NCBI GenBank assembly: GCA_044226625.1 | Contig: JBGAGQ010000013.1 | Span: 1-64,000 of the forward strand | Origin: Thermoanaerobaculia bacterium | GTDB lineage: Bacteria > Acidobacteriota > Thermoanaerobaculia > Multivoradales > UBA5704 | DNA: 64,000 nt | Direction: 5' to 3' | Shown here: piece by piece, positions 18,293-27,901 of the stretch | Layout: every line of letters begins with the position of its first letter | How positions within the stretch are numbered: position 1 is the first letter of the stretch | Translations under genes and position numbers: made by a program | Notes under the pieces: generated by a model | Told to the model about the DNA's origin: nothing | Database searches by the model: none | Seen by the model: only the letters and a program-made list of their open reading frames with translations

Positions 18293-19668
18293 GCATCCTG
18301 ATCGTCGACGACGAAGAGGTCCTGCAGGACGTCCTCTCGAAGCTTCTGCACCGCGAGGGATATCCGACGATCTCGGCCTCGAGCGGCGAGGAAGCGCTGG
18401 AGATCATGGAGCGGGAGGAGGTCGACCTCGTCCTGCTCGATCTGATGTTGCCGGGCATCTCCGGCCGCGAAGTATTGCGCCAGATCCGCCATCGCGATCC
18501 CGACCAGGTCGTCGTGGTGATCACCGCCTACTCCTCGATCGAAAGCGCGATCGGCGCGATGCGCGACGGGGCGTTCCACTACATTCCGAAGCCGTTCAAG
18601 AACGAAGAGGTCCTGCTCACGGTCAGGAAGGGGCTCGAGCAGCGCCGCCTCCGGAACGAGAACCGGACCCTCCGCGAGCAGCTCGCCAAGCGCTACAGCT
18701 TCGATCAGATCCTCGGCAAGAGCCAGCCGATGCAGCAGGTCTACGAGCTGATCCAGCTCGCGGCCCCGGCGAAGTCGAACATCTTGATCCTTGGCGAGAG
18801 CGGCACCGGCAAAGAGCTGGTGGCCAAGGCGATCCACCACCATTCGCGGCGAGCCGACGGCCCGTTCGTCACCGTGAACTCGGGATCGATGCCGGGCGAT
18901 CTGCTCGAAAGCAACCTGTTCGGCCACGTAAAAGGTGCGTTCACCGGCGCGATCGCGGCGAAGAAGGGACTCTTCGAGGTGGCGGACAGCGGGTCGATCT
19001 TCTTCGACGAGATCGGCAACATCCCGCTCGACATCCAGGCGAAGCTCTTGCGGGTGATCCAGGAAAAGGAATTCATGCGCGTGGGCTCGATCGAGAACAT
19101 GCGCGTCGACGTCCGGATCATCGCCGCGACGAACGCGGCGCTCTCCGACATGGTGGCGCAGGAGCGCTTCCGAGAAGACCTCTACTACCGCCTGAACGTG
19201 ATCACGATCCAGCTGCCGCCGTTGCGGAAGAGAACTGAGGACATCCCCCTGCTCGCCCAGGCGTTCCTCGGCCGGTTCGCGGCCGAGAACGAAAAGGCGA
19301 TCCGCGACATCACGCCCCAGGCGATGGAGCTGCTCCTCGATTATTCGTGGCCGGGCAACGTCCGTGAGCTCGAAAACGTGATCGAGCGAGCCACGGTCCT
19401 CTCCTCGGGCGAATGGCTGGGCGTCGACCTGCTCCCGGCCAACGTCCGTAAGAGCGAGCCCCCCGCGCCTTCGCCGATCGTCATGCCGTCCAACGGTCTG
19501 CCGTTCAAAGAGGCGGTCTCCGACTTCGAGCGGCAGTTGATCGTCAAGGCGCTGCAGTCGGCCGGCGGCGTCCAGAAGCGGGCCGCCGAGCTGTTGCAGG
19601 TCAAGCCCACGACCCTCCACGAAATGATGAAGCGGCTGAACATTTCGGCCGAAACCCAGTTCTCCTGA
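18289..19668 (+). CDS. Sigma54-dependent NtrC/AtoC-family response regulator
   Basis: Receiver domain; GESGTGKE; GAFTGA; FDEIG; WPGNVREL; Fis-type HTH. Confidence 0.96.
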   Translation: MSILIVDDEEVLQDVLSKLLHREGYPTISASSGEEALEIMEREEVDLVLLDLMLPGISGREVLRQIRHRDPDQVVVVITAYSSIESAIGAMRDGAFHYIPKPFKNEEVLLTVRKGLEQRRLRNENRTLREQLAKRYSFDQILGKSQPMQQVYELIQLAAPAKSNILILGESGTGKELVAKAIHHHSRRADGPFVTVNSGSMPGDLLESNLFGHVKGAFTGAIAAKKGLFEVADSGSIFFDEIGNIPLDIQAKLLRVIQEKEFMRVGSIENMRVDVRIIAATNAALSDMVAQERFREDLYYRLNVITIQLPPLRKRTEDIPLLAQAFLGRFAAENEKAIRDITPQAMELLLDYSWPGNVRELENVIERATVLSSGEWLGVDLLPANVRKSEPPAPSPIVMPSNGLPFKEAVSDFERQLIVKALQSAGGVQKRAAELLQVKPTTLHEMMKRLNISAETQFS

Positions 19669-19695
19669 GCCTCCTGGTGGAGCCCGAGGTTTCCC

Positions 19696-22518
19696 ATGCC
19701 CTTCCGCCGGTTTGCGCCCTGTGCGCTTTGGTTGCTGCTCGCGGCGCCCTTGGGCGCGGAGGCTTCGGCCGACCCGGGCGTTGACGAAGCCCTCGAAGTC
19801 CACGACGCCGGCGAGAAACCCTTGGCGGAAGGCGTGGCCGAAGGGGGCACGCAGGCATCGCTGCTCGCGCCGCTCAGTCAGGGGGAGCGGCTCGACCTGC
19901 CGGCGTCGCTCGATCCCCGCGTCCCTCGGCCGGACCAGATCCTCGGCGCGCCGCTCGGCGCGCGGTTCAATCACTGGGATCGGATCCTCGCCTATTACTC
20001 CGCGCTCGACGCCGCCTCGGACCGGGTCCAGCTGTCCGACTACGGGCGGACGGCCGAAGGGCGCCGGCTGGTCCTGGTCGCGATCTCGACGCCCGGCAAC
20101 CTCGCCCGGCTCGACGAGATCCAGCGCGACCATCAAAAGCTCGCGGATCCAGGGCGCCTCTCGGCCGCCGAGCGGGAGCGCCTGATCGGCCGCACGCCGA
20201 CCGTGGTCTGGCTCGCCTACGGCGTCCATGGCAACGAATCGTCCTCGGCCGAGGCGTCGATGGGAGCGGCCTACGTGCTCGCCGCCGCGCAGGGCGAGCT
20301 CGGCCGGCTGCTCGATCGAACCGTCGTGCTGATCGATCCGCTGATGAATCCCGACGGCCGGGAGCGCTACCTCTCGACCTACGAGCAACGGCGCGGCGCC
20401 GAGCCGAACCCGAGACGGGAGTCGGCCGAGCACTCCGAGCCCTGGCCGAGCGGGCGGGTCAACCACTATCTGATCGACCTGAACCGTGATTGGGCTTGGG
20501 CGACGCAGGCGGAGACCCGGGCCCGCGTGGCCGCCTACCGATCGTGGGAGCCGCAGGTCTTCGTCGACTTCCACGAGATGGGGACGGAATCGACCTACTT
20601 CTTCCCGCCCGCGGCCGAGCCGGTCCACTCGCGCATCCCGAGGCGGACCCTCACCTGGCTCGAGACGTTCGGCCGCGGTAACGCCGCGGCGTTCGACCGC
20701 CTCGGCTGGGTCTACTTCAAGAAGGAAAACTACGACCTCCTCTATCCCGGCTACGGCGACTCCTATCCGGCGCTGCGGGGCGCCGTCGGCATGACATACG
20801 AAATGGCGGGAGGAGGCCGGGCGGGAGAGCTCTTCGGCCGCTCCGACGGCACGCGTCTGACTCTCGCCGATCGGGTGGCGCACCATCTGGCGACCTCGCT
20901 CGCGACCTTCGCGACGGCGGGGGCTGGAGCTCGCCGCCTGCTCGAGGACTTCGTCGCGAACCGCCTCGAGGCCTCGATCGGACCGGGACGGGTCTACGTC
21001 TGGCCCGCCGACCAGCCGGAGGCTCGATCGCTCGCCGATCTCCTGGCATTCCACGGCGTACGCGTCGATCAGCTCGATCGCTCGACAGAGGTCAAGGTAC
21101 ACGCGCCCGAAGGCGGCGAGGAGATCTCGCGTCGTTTTCAGGCAGGCTCTTTCGTCGTCGGCTCCGGCCAACCGCTCGGCCCCCTGGTCGAGGCGCTGCT
21201 CGAACGGCGGACCCAGCTTTCCGACCGTTTCGTCGAGCGCCAGAAGGAGCGCCAGACGCGCAACCTGGACACCGAGTTCTACGACGTCACCGCCTGGTCG
21301 CTGCCGCTCGCCTACAACCTCCAGGTCTGGATCGCGACCGCGGGAGGCCCCGGTCTGTCGTCGCTCGCCGGTCTATCTCCCGCTCGCGGCGAGATCACAG
21401 GAGACGGGGCGCTCGGCCTCTTGGTTCCGCCCCGCGGCCTCGCCTCCTACCAGCTCGTCTCCCGCTTGAAGGCGCAGGGTCTCTCGCTGCGGATCGCCTT
21501 GCGAGACTTCCGCAACGATGGACGCGACTTTCCGGCCGGGACGCTGTTCGTGCCGCGCTACGGCAACCCCGCGGATCTCGAAGCGCGGGTGGTCGCACAG
21601 CTCGGAGAGCTCGGCCTCTCCGCCGTCCGCATCGGATCGTCGTTCGACGTCGAAGGGCTGTCGCTCGGATCTCGGGACATGCCGTCGGTCCGCCCGATCC
21701 GTCTCGGGCTTCTCGGCGGCGACGGCGTCGACACGACCTCGTTCGGGGCGCTCTGGTTCCTGTTCGATCGCGCGCTCGCCGCGCCGGTCGACCGCCTCGA
21801 CCTGGGGCGGCTGAGCGACGTCGATCTCGCCGAATACGACACGCTGATCCTCCCCGACGGCGACTACGACGAGGCGATGACCCAAAAGAAGAAGGAGCGT
21901 CTCGACGCCTGGGTTCGGGGAGGGGGGGTGCTGATCGGAATCGGCGGCGCCGTCTCCTGGCTGCAGGACCAGGAAATGACGGCGGTCAAGAATTGGCAAC
22001 CTTCGGACGATCCCGAGTCGCCGGGCGACCCGGCGAACGAGGCGACCGAAGCGTCGGCGAGCGCCGAACCGGCAGCGACCTCGCCGGCTGGTGGGGAGGG
22101 AGGGACCGCGGCGTCCACGCCTGCCGTCAAACCGACTCCGCCCGCCGCCGATCGGGAGATCTCCACTCCGGGGGCCGCGTTCGCCACCAGGATGACCCCC
22201 GGCCACCCGCTCGGAATCGGAATTCCAAAGCCGCCGCCGGTTCTGATCGAAGGCGACCGGGTTCTCGAGCCGACGGGCGACCCACAGCAGGATCTGCTCA
22301 CCGTCGCTCCCGAGGATCCGCTTCTCTCCGGCTTCGCTTTTCCCGAGGCCGAGCAGCGCCTGTCGGGCAGCCTGCTGGTGGGCGTCGAGGGGCACGGGCG
22401 CGGCACCCTCGTGCTGTTCGCCCAAGAGCCCTCCTACCGCCTCTTCTGGCGCGGCACCATGCCGCTCCTCCTGAACGCCGCCCTGTACGGTCCGAGCATC
22501 GGATACGGAGGAAAGTAG
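19696..22518 (+). CDS. M14 family zinc carboxypeptidase
   Basis: Signal peptide; VHGNE, NPDG, DLNRD, DFHEM; C-terminal GATase-like domain. Confidence 0.9.
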   Translation: MPFRRFAPCALWLLLAAPLGAEASADPGVDEALEVHDAGEKPLAEGVAEGGTQASLLAPLSQGERLDLPASLDPRVPRPDQILGAPLGARFNHWDRILAYYSALDAASDRVQLSDYGRTAEGRRLVLVAISTPGNLARLDEIQRDHQKLADPGRLSAAERERLIGRTPTVVWLAYGVHGNESSSAEASMGAAYVLAAAQGELGRLLDRTVVLIDPLMNPDGRERYLSTYEQRRGAEPNPRRESAEHSEPWPSGRVNHYLIDLNRDWAWATQAETRARVAAYRSWEPQVFVDFHEMGTESTYFFPPAAEPVHSRIPRRTLTWLETFGRGNAAAFDRLGWVYFKKENYDLLYPGYGDSYPALRGAVGMTYEMAGGGRAGELFGRSDGTRLTLADRVAHHLATSLATFATAGAGARRLLEDFVANRLEASIGPGRVYVWPADQPEARSLADLLAFHGVRVDQLDRSTEVKVHAPEGGEEISRRFQAGSFVVGSGQPLGPLVEALLERRTQLSDRFVERQKERQTRNLDTEFYDVTAWSLPLAYNLQVWIATAGGPGLSSLAGLSPARGEITGDGALGLLVPPRGLASYQLVSRLKAQGLSLRIALRDFRNDGRDFPAGTLFVPRYGNPADLEARVVAQLGELGLSAVRIGSSFDVEGLSLGSRDMPSVRPIRLGLLGGDGVDTTSFGALWFLFDRALAAPVDRLDLGRLSDVDLAEYDTLILPDGDYDEAMTQKKKERLDAWVRGGGVLIGIGGAVSWLQDQEMTAVKNWQPSDDPESPGDPANEATEASASAEPAATSPAGGEGGTAASTPAVKPTPPAADREISTPGAAFATRMTPGHPLGIGIPKPPPVLIEGDRVLEPTGDPQQDLLTVAPEDPLLSGFAFPEAEQRLSGSLLVGVEGHGRGTLVLFAQEPSYRLFWRGTMPLLLNAALYGPSIGYGGK

Positions 22519-22575
22519 TACCGCGCGCAGAGTTTCCCGAGAGATCGCCAACCCACGACCGCGGAGATTCCCGCC

Positions 22576-23073
22576 ATGGCCGCCCACGATTCCGCCTCGC
22601 CCGTTCCCTCGCGATCCCCTTGGCTCGGCGTGCTCCTCGGCGGCCTCGTCGCCGGCTGTTTCGACATCCTCTACGCGATCATCAGCTGGACGCTCCACGA
22701 CCCGCCGCGATCACCGCTTTGGGTGCTGCAGTCGGTGGCGACGGGAGTGCTCGGAGCGAAGTCGTTCGACGGGGGCGTGGCTTCGGGAGCGCTCGGCCTC
22801 TTCTGCCACTTCGTGATCGCCTTTGGGGCGTCCTTCACCTTCTATTTGGCGAGCCGGAAGATCGGCCTCCTCACCAGGCGGCCGATCCTCTCCGGCGCGC
22901 TCTTCGGCATCCTCGTCTTCCTGTTCATGAACTGGGTGGTGATCCCGCTCGCGGCCTGCCCGTTCACGATCCCGTTCACGGCGAAGGTGCTCGCCAAGGG
23001 ATTCATTTCCCACGCGCTCTTGATCGGCATCCCGATCGCCTGGTTGCAGAAAAGGTTTTCGGGTCCGCGCTGA
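22576..23073 (+). CDS. Hypothetical four-TM membrane protein
   Basis: GGAG RBS; LQSVATGVLG..GLFCHFVIA..FMNWVVIPLA hydrophobic helices. Confidence 0.75.
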   Translation: MAAHDSASPVPSRSPWLGVLLGGLVAGCFDILYAIISWTLHDPPRSPLWVLQSVATGVLGAKSFDGGVASGALGLFCHFVIAFGASFTFYLASRKIGLLTRRPILSGALFGILVFLFMNWVVIPLAACPFTIPFTAKVLAKGFISHALLIGIPIAWLQKRFSGPR

Positions 23074-23088
23074 GGCGCGGCCGCGCGG

Positions 23089-23751
23089 TTAGCGCTTCAA
23101 CCGAACGGGATCGCCCACGCGCACCACGCCGGGGCGGAGGACCTCGGCGTTCAACGCCAGCCGGCCTGCGAAACGCCGGCCGATGTCGCGCAGCACCTCG
23201 GGATCGCGCTCGAGGGTATCGGGATCGACGGTCGTCATCGGGCACCGTCCACGCAGCGAATCGAGCCGGACGATCGCGCCGCTCCCGCCTTCCGAACCGA
23301 TGTGCAGCTCCGCGCCCTCCCACGCCCTCTCTTCCATTCCGGTCACGCCGCCGATCAGCAGGTTCGGGCGTAGGCGGCGGACGTCGCGACCGAACTCGGC
23401 GACCGCGCCATCCGTCGCGACGAGGAGCGGCATCACGTCGAACCGATCGATTCCGTCGTACGCCTCGAGCCACGCATCCTCTCCGGCGGCGTCGCGAATC
23501 CATGTGAGCACCGCGTCTTCGTCCCAGCGGAGGCCCTCGACGAGAGGAGCGCCGTCCGGTCCGAGCGTGGCCGAAAGGCCTAGCAATCGATACTGCTTGC
23601 GCGAGGTCCGCACGCCTTCCGGACCGCGGACGTGGACGATCCGGTCGCCCGGAATTCCCGTTTCGGTGAGCTCGGCGGATTGGAGCGGCTCGCCCGCGAG
23701 GGTCTTGACGGGATAGCGCCAGATGGCGGCGAGGTGAAGGGTCGAGCTCAT
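23089..23751 (-). CDS. MOSC domain protein
   Basis: IWRYPVKTLAGE, GDR, RLRPNL, RCPMTTVDP, GVVRVGD. Confidence 0.9.
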   Translation of the reverse strand: MSSTLHLAAIWRYPVKTLAGEPLQSAELTETGIPGDRIVHVRGPEGVRTSRKQYRLLGLSATLGPDGAPLVEGLRWDEDAVLTWIRDAAGEDAWLEAYDGIDRFDVMPLLVATDGAVAEFGRDVRRLRPNLLIGGVTGMEERAWEGAELHIGSEGGSGAIVRLDSLRGRCPMTTVDPDTLERDPEVLRDIGRRFAGRLALNAEVLRPGVVRVGDPVRLKR

Positions 23752-23812
23752 CGTGGCGGGTTCCTCGGAGGGAGCGATCGGGCAGGGCTTGCTTGCGATA
23801 GCCTCCGGGTCA

Positions 23813-24970
23813 ATGTACCAAATCGCCGTCGTCGGAGGCGGGATCGCGGGGGCCGCGGCGGGGGTGCACCTCGCCCGCGCGGGTCATCGCGTGACTCTCT
23901 TCGAGCGAGCTCCGCGCCTGGGGCCGGTCGGCGCGGGAATCCTCCTCCAGCCCTCGGGCCAGGACGTGCTCCGACGCCTCGGGTTGCTCGATGCCGTCGT
24001 CCGACGGAGCGAGCCGATCGCCGAGCTACGCGCCGAGCAGGTGTCCGGTCGCCGACTGATCCGCCTGCCGTATGCCGTCGCCGATCCGACCTGGACCGGG
24101 TACGGGGTCGCCCGAGGCCTCCTGTTCCAGATTCTGCTCGACGCGTGCCGCGACGCCGGGGTGGAGTTCGTCTTGGGTACTCCGATCGAAGCGACTCGGG
24201 CGACGGCCGAGGGCGCCTACCTGCTTCCGCGGGATGCCGCGCCGCTCGGGCCGTTCGATTTCGTCCTCGCCGCCGACGGCTCACGCTCGGCGCTACGGCG
24301 GGCAGCCGGGCTCGACGCGGGAAGCCGCGAGTACGACTTCGGGGCGATGTGGGCGGTCGGGCCCTGCCAGGCGGTCACCGGCCATCTCTACCAAGTCGTC
24401 CGCGGCACGCGCGTCCTGATCGGGATCTTGCCGCTCGGCGATGGCCGGGCGAGCCTGTTCTGGGGCGACCGGAGGGAAGGGATCGAGGCGATCCGAAAGG
24501 GCAGCTTCACCGCGTTTCGCGACCAGGTCCTCGCGCTCGCGCCGAAAGCCGAGGAGATCTTCGGGGAGTACCGGAGCTTCGAGCAGGCGGCCTTCACCAC
24601 CTATGTCCATGCCGCTTGCCAGCGCTGGTCGGCCGACCGCCTGCTCCTGATCGGCGACGCAGCCCACGCGATGAGCCCTCATCTCGGTCAAGGGGCGAAC
24701 CTGGCCCTTGCGGATGCCGAGGTCTTCACCCGCCACCTCACGGCAGCGGGCGATTTCTCGACCGCCTGCGCGCGTCACGAAGCTGAGCGCCGGCCGCCCG
24801 TGACGTACCTTTCGCGGCTCTCCTACTTCCTCACGCCGTTCTTTCAATCGGGAAGCCGCATCCTGGGTCTCGGGCGCGATGTCGCCTTGCCGATCCTTTC
24901 GAGCATCCCGCCGGTCCGGAAGCTGATGTCCCGGACGCTCGCGGGGAAGGTGCGGGTTCGAGAAGGGTGA
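23813..24970 (+). CDS. FAD-dependent monooxygenase
   Basis: IAVVGGGIAG, ADGSRS, LIGDAAHAMSPHLGQGAN. Confidence 0.92.
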   Translation: MYQIAVVGGGIAGAAAGVHLARAGHRVTLFERAPRLGPVGAGILLQPSGQDVLRRLGLLDAVVRRSEPIAELRAEQVSGRRLIRLPYAVADPTWTGYGVARGLLFQILLDACRDAGVEFVLGTPIEATRATAEGAYLLPRDAAPLGPFDFVLAADGSRSALRRAAGLDAGSREYDFGAMWAVGPCQAVTGHLYQVVRGTRVLIGILPLGDGRASLFWGDRREGIEAIRKGSFTAFRDQVLALAPKAEEIFGEYRSFEQAAFTTYVHAACQRWSADRLLLIGDAAHAMSPHLGQGANLALADAEVFTRHLTAAGDFSTACARHEAERRPPVTYLSRLSYFLTPFFQSGSRILGLGRDVALPILSSIPPVRKLMSRTLAGKVRVREG

Positions 24971-25062
24971 AGAGCGCCTGTCGTCGGGAGAAGCACGAGT
25001 CGAGACCCCGGCGGGTCGCCGTGTGGTCGATTTCGTTGGGGATTGCCATGAGGAGGTTAGCC

Positions 25063-25620
25063 ATGACGAAGCTTCCCGTTCTGTTCTGTCTCACTCTCGT
25101 CTCGATCACGTCCGGCCTCGTCGCGGACCCCGGCTCCCCTCCGCCGGCGCCGCCCGCCGACCCTTGGGCTCGGGTACGGATCCTCGAGGGACGCTGGACC
25201 GGCACTGCCGAGGGCGAGCCGGGCACCGGTACGGTTCAGAGGTCGTACGAGTTCATCCTGGGCCATCGTTTCCTCCACGAGCGCAACGTCTCGAACTACG
25301 CGCCCAAGAAGCCGGACGGACCGGGAGAGATCCACGAGCACTGGAGCCTGCTCAGCTTCGACAAACAGCGGAAGAAGCTGGTCTTACGGCAGTTCCATCA
25401 AGAGGGATTCGTGAACCAATATGTCGAGGTCGCCGACTCGGGTACGCGACGGCTGGTCTTCGAGAGCGAAGCTTTCGAGAACCTGGATGCGAGGTGGCGC
25501 GCCCGCGAGACCTACGAAATGACCTCCGAAGATGCCTTCACCGAGACGTTCGAGATCGCGGAGCCGGGCAAGGATTTCCAGGTCTATTCGAAGAGCACCT
25601 TCCGACGGGCGACGCCCTAG
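25063..25620 (+). CDS. Secreted beta-barrel (nitrobindin/lipocalin-like) hypothetical protein
   Basis: AGGAGG RBS, signal peptide; LEGRWTG..LRQFHQEGFVNQY. Confidence 0.65.
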   Translation: MTKLPVLFCLTLVSITSGLVADPGSPPPAPPADPWARVRILEGRWTGTAEGEPGTGTVQRSYEFILGHRFLHERNVSNYAPKKPDGPGEIHEHWSLLSFDKQRKKLVLRQFHQEGFVNQYVEVADSGTRRLVFESEAFENLDARWRARETYEMTSEDAFTETFEIAEPGKDFQVYSKSTFRRATP

Positions 25621-25705
25621 CGGAGGAGCGGGGACGGCCGAGAACGTCTAGACGCTGCCGCGCGGAACGATCCACTCGACCGGCTGATCCGCGCCAGCTC
25701 TACCC

Positions 25706-26686
25706 CTACCGCTCCGGAATCGCGTACTTCGAGGTCAGCAGCGCGTCGGCGAAGAGCCTCTGGGCTTTGCGGTTCGGGTGGGCGTCGCCGAGGGTCGCCC
25801 AGAACTCGGGCCCGGCGTCGGCGGGGAAGCGCGGCGAGGGATCGATGACTTCCCAGCCGCTCGCTCGACCGGCTTCCGCGACTTGAGCGTAGATGTCCTT
25901 GAAGCTCCCGAAGTTCTTCGGCTCGTGCAGCTCGGGGAGCAGGAGGAGAGTGTGGGGCACCCCGTCCTCGCGCAGCAGGGTGCCGAATTCGGCGAGCGCC
26001 TGTTTCATCCGGATCCAGCCGGCCTGGTCGTCGCGGTAGAGTGAGCGGTAGTAGGTGCGGTAGTCGCGCAGCTTGACCTCAGAGGTCTGGCGTAGACGGG
26101 TGGAGAGCAGACCCGCGAGGGCGGAACGCCAGACGAGCGCGCTTTCCGAGGGCTTCGGATCGGGCTCTGCGTCGTTGATGAAGTAGCCGAGAATGACCCA
26201 GCCGGGCTTCGGCTCGCGCGCAAGGGCGCGGTAGCGGGCGAGCTGCATCGAGGTGTTCGAGTTGCCGATGCCGAAATTCATCACCCGCGAGGGGGCGCCC
26301 TTCTGCCGCAGCAGCTCTTCGAGCTGGTTCGGCCAGGTGTCCGGCTCGCCCGCACCCCAGCCGAAGGTGAGCGAATCGCCCACCGCCATCACCAGCCGAT
26401 CGCCGGGCCGGCGCGCTGCTTCGACCTCCGGGGCGTTCTTGCGGAAACCTCGCTCGTCGGTCCGCACCCGCGTTCCCATCAGCCATTCGTCCTCGTTCGG
26501 TTGGTGCTCCTCGACCGCTCCCGGAATTTTCGACGGCATCTTGACGAAGCGGGCATAACGCCACATCTCCACGTCCAGCACGTGCAGCCACCGCGCGGAG
26601 AGAAACCGCAGCAGGTACTCGGAAGCGACCAGGGCGAGCAGGCAGGAAAGGGCGAGGACGGCACAACCGGCAAGGCGTTTTCTCAT
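25706..26686 (-). CDS. SGNH/GDSL hydrolase family protein
   Basis: GDSLTFGWG, NFGIG, IND, DAHPN. Confidence 0.88.
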   Translation of the reverse strand: MRKRLAGCAVLALSCLLALVASEYLLRFLSARWLHVLDVEMWRYARFVKMPSKIPGAVEEHQPNEDEWLMGTRVRTDERGFRKNAPEVEAARRPGDRLVMAVGDSLTFGWGAGEPDTWPNQLEELLRQKGAPSRVMNFGIGNSNTSMQLARYRALAREPKPGWVILGYFINDAEPDPKPSESALVWRSALAGLLSTRLRQTSEVKLRDYRTYYRSLYRDDQAGWIRMKQALAEFGTLLREDGVPHTLLLLPELHEPKNFGSFKDIYAQVAEAGRASGWEVIDPSPRFPADAGPEFWATLGDAHPNRKAQRLFADALLTSKYAIPER

Positions 26687-26713
26687 GGGCGGGGGCACTC
26701 TACCAAGGTCGCT

Positions 26714-27901
26714 CTACCGGCCGGTGAGCTCGGCGAGCGTCGCGGCGAAACGGTCGATCTCGGATGCGGTGTTGTAAAAATGGGGCGCCGCCCGCAGCCG
26801 TCCGGCGCGGGCGGAAACCGCGATGCCGCGGTCAGACAGCGCGTGGGCCAGCGCATCGGGGGAGTGCTGCGGGTGGGTTCCAGCGACGATGCCGGAGGTC
26901 TCGGCGGGGTTTTCGCGCGGAGCGGCAAGTTCGAAGCCCGCCGCGGTGAAGGCCTGCGCGGTTCTCGCGGCCAGGGCGAGCACGCGCCGCTCGATCGCGT
27001 TCGGCTCCGCTTCGAGCAGGATCTCCAGGCTGGCGCCGAGGCCTGCGATCCCGTAATTGTTGAGCGTTCCGCTTTCGAAACGCTTCGCCCCCGCGGCGAA
27101 GGTGAGATCGAGCTTCGACCATTCGTAGGGCGTGCGGGTCGATCGCCAGCCGGCGCGCGTGGGACGCAACTGGTCGATCGTGCGGTCCGAGACGTAGAAC
27201 AGACCGATCCCCTCCGGCCCCAGAAGCCACTTGTGGGCGGAGGACGCGAGGACGTCGATTCGGCATGCCTCGACGTCGAGCGCGAGCGCGCCGAGTCCTT
27301 GGATCGCGTCGACCACGAACAGCACGCCGCGCTCGCGGCAGGCGTTACCTAGACGCTCGAGGTCGGAGCGGAAACCGGTCGCGTACTGAACCCAGGAAAG
27401 GGCGAGGACCCGGGTCCGGCCGTCGATCCGCGAGAGCAAGTCGTCCGGGTCGATCCGTCCGGCGCGTTCGGGTGCGAGCCGGTACTCGATGCCGGCCGGG
27501 TTGCTCGAGGCGAGGTTCAACCAGGGGTAGGCGTTCGAGGGGAACTCCCCCTCGGCGCCCACGACGTTGTCACCCGGTCGCCAATCGATCCCTTCGGCGA
27601 CGGCGGAGAGCGCCGTCGACGTGTTTTCGACGAAAGCCACCTCGTGGGGGGCGCGTGCGCCGATCAGGAGCGCGGCCAGAGCCCGGACGCGCTCCACCTC
27701 GTCGTTTCGCTCCGGCCAGCGGCGATCCCCGGTCTCGGATACCACCCGAGCGAGCACCGCGATCCGTTCGGCCGAACGGCGCGGCAGAGGTCCGATCGCG
27801 GCGTGGTTCAGATAAAGGTACCGACCCGCGACCGGGAACTCCGATCGCAGCGGGTGAGGCGCGATGGCTTCCGCCTCCGGGGTCTCGGCGGCAGGGGTCA
27901 T
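26714..27901 (-). CDS. Class V PLP-dependent aminotransferase (cysteine desulfurase-like)
   Basis: YLNHAAIGP, EFPSN, VDAIQ, SAHKWLLGPEG, RFESGT, PHFYN. Confidence 0.92.
   Translation of the reverse strand: MTPAAETPEAEAIAPHPLRSEFPVAGRYLYLNHAAIGPLPRRSAERIAVLARVVSETGDRRWPERNDEVERVRALAALLIGARAPHEVAFVENTSTALSAVAEGIDWRPGDNVVGAEGEFPSNAYPWLNLASSNPAGIEYRLAPERAGRIDPDDLLSRIDGRTRVLALSWVQYATGFRSDLERLGNACRERGVLFVVDAIQGLGALALDVEACRIDVLASSAHKWLLGPEGIGLFYVSDRTIDQLRPTRAGWRSTRTPYEWSKLDLTFAAGAKRFESGTLNNYGIAGLGASLEILLEAEPNAIERRVLALAARTAQAFTAAGFELAAPRENPAETSGIVAGTHPQHSPDALAHALSDRGIAVSARAGRLRAAPHFYNTASEIDRFAATLAELTGR

Noticed and set aside
19675-19684. 10-bp match (TGGTGGAGCC) to the tRNA-Ala 3' end as a possible att site
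   Set aside because: Too short, on the wrong side of the tRNA, encloses housekeeping genes, and no integrase is present.
17644-21171. 1175-aa minus-strand ORF (also 13083-15218, 36345-38519, 60026-62428 and many similar)
   Set aside because: Antisense or alternate-frame shadows of well-supported genes; stop codons are scarce in high-GC DNA and the translations show no family motifs.
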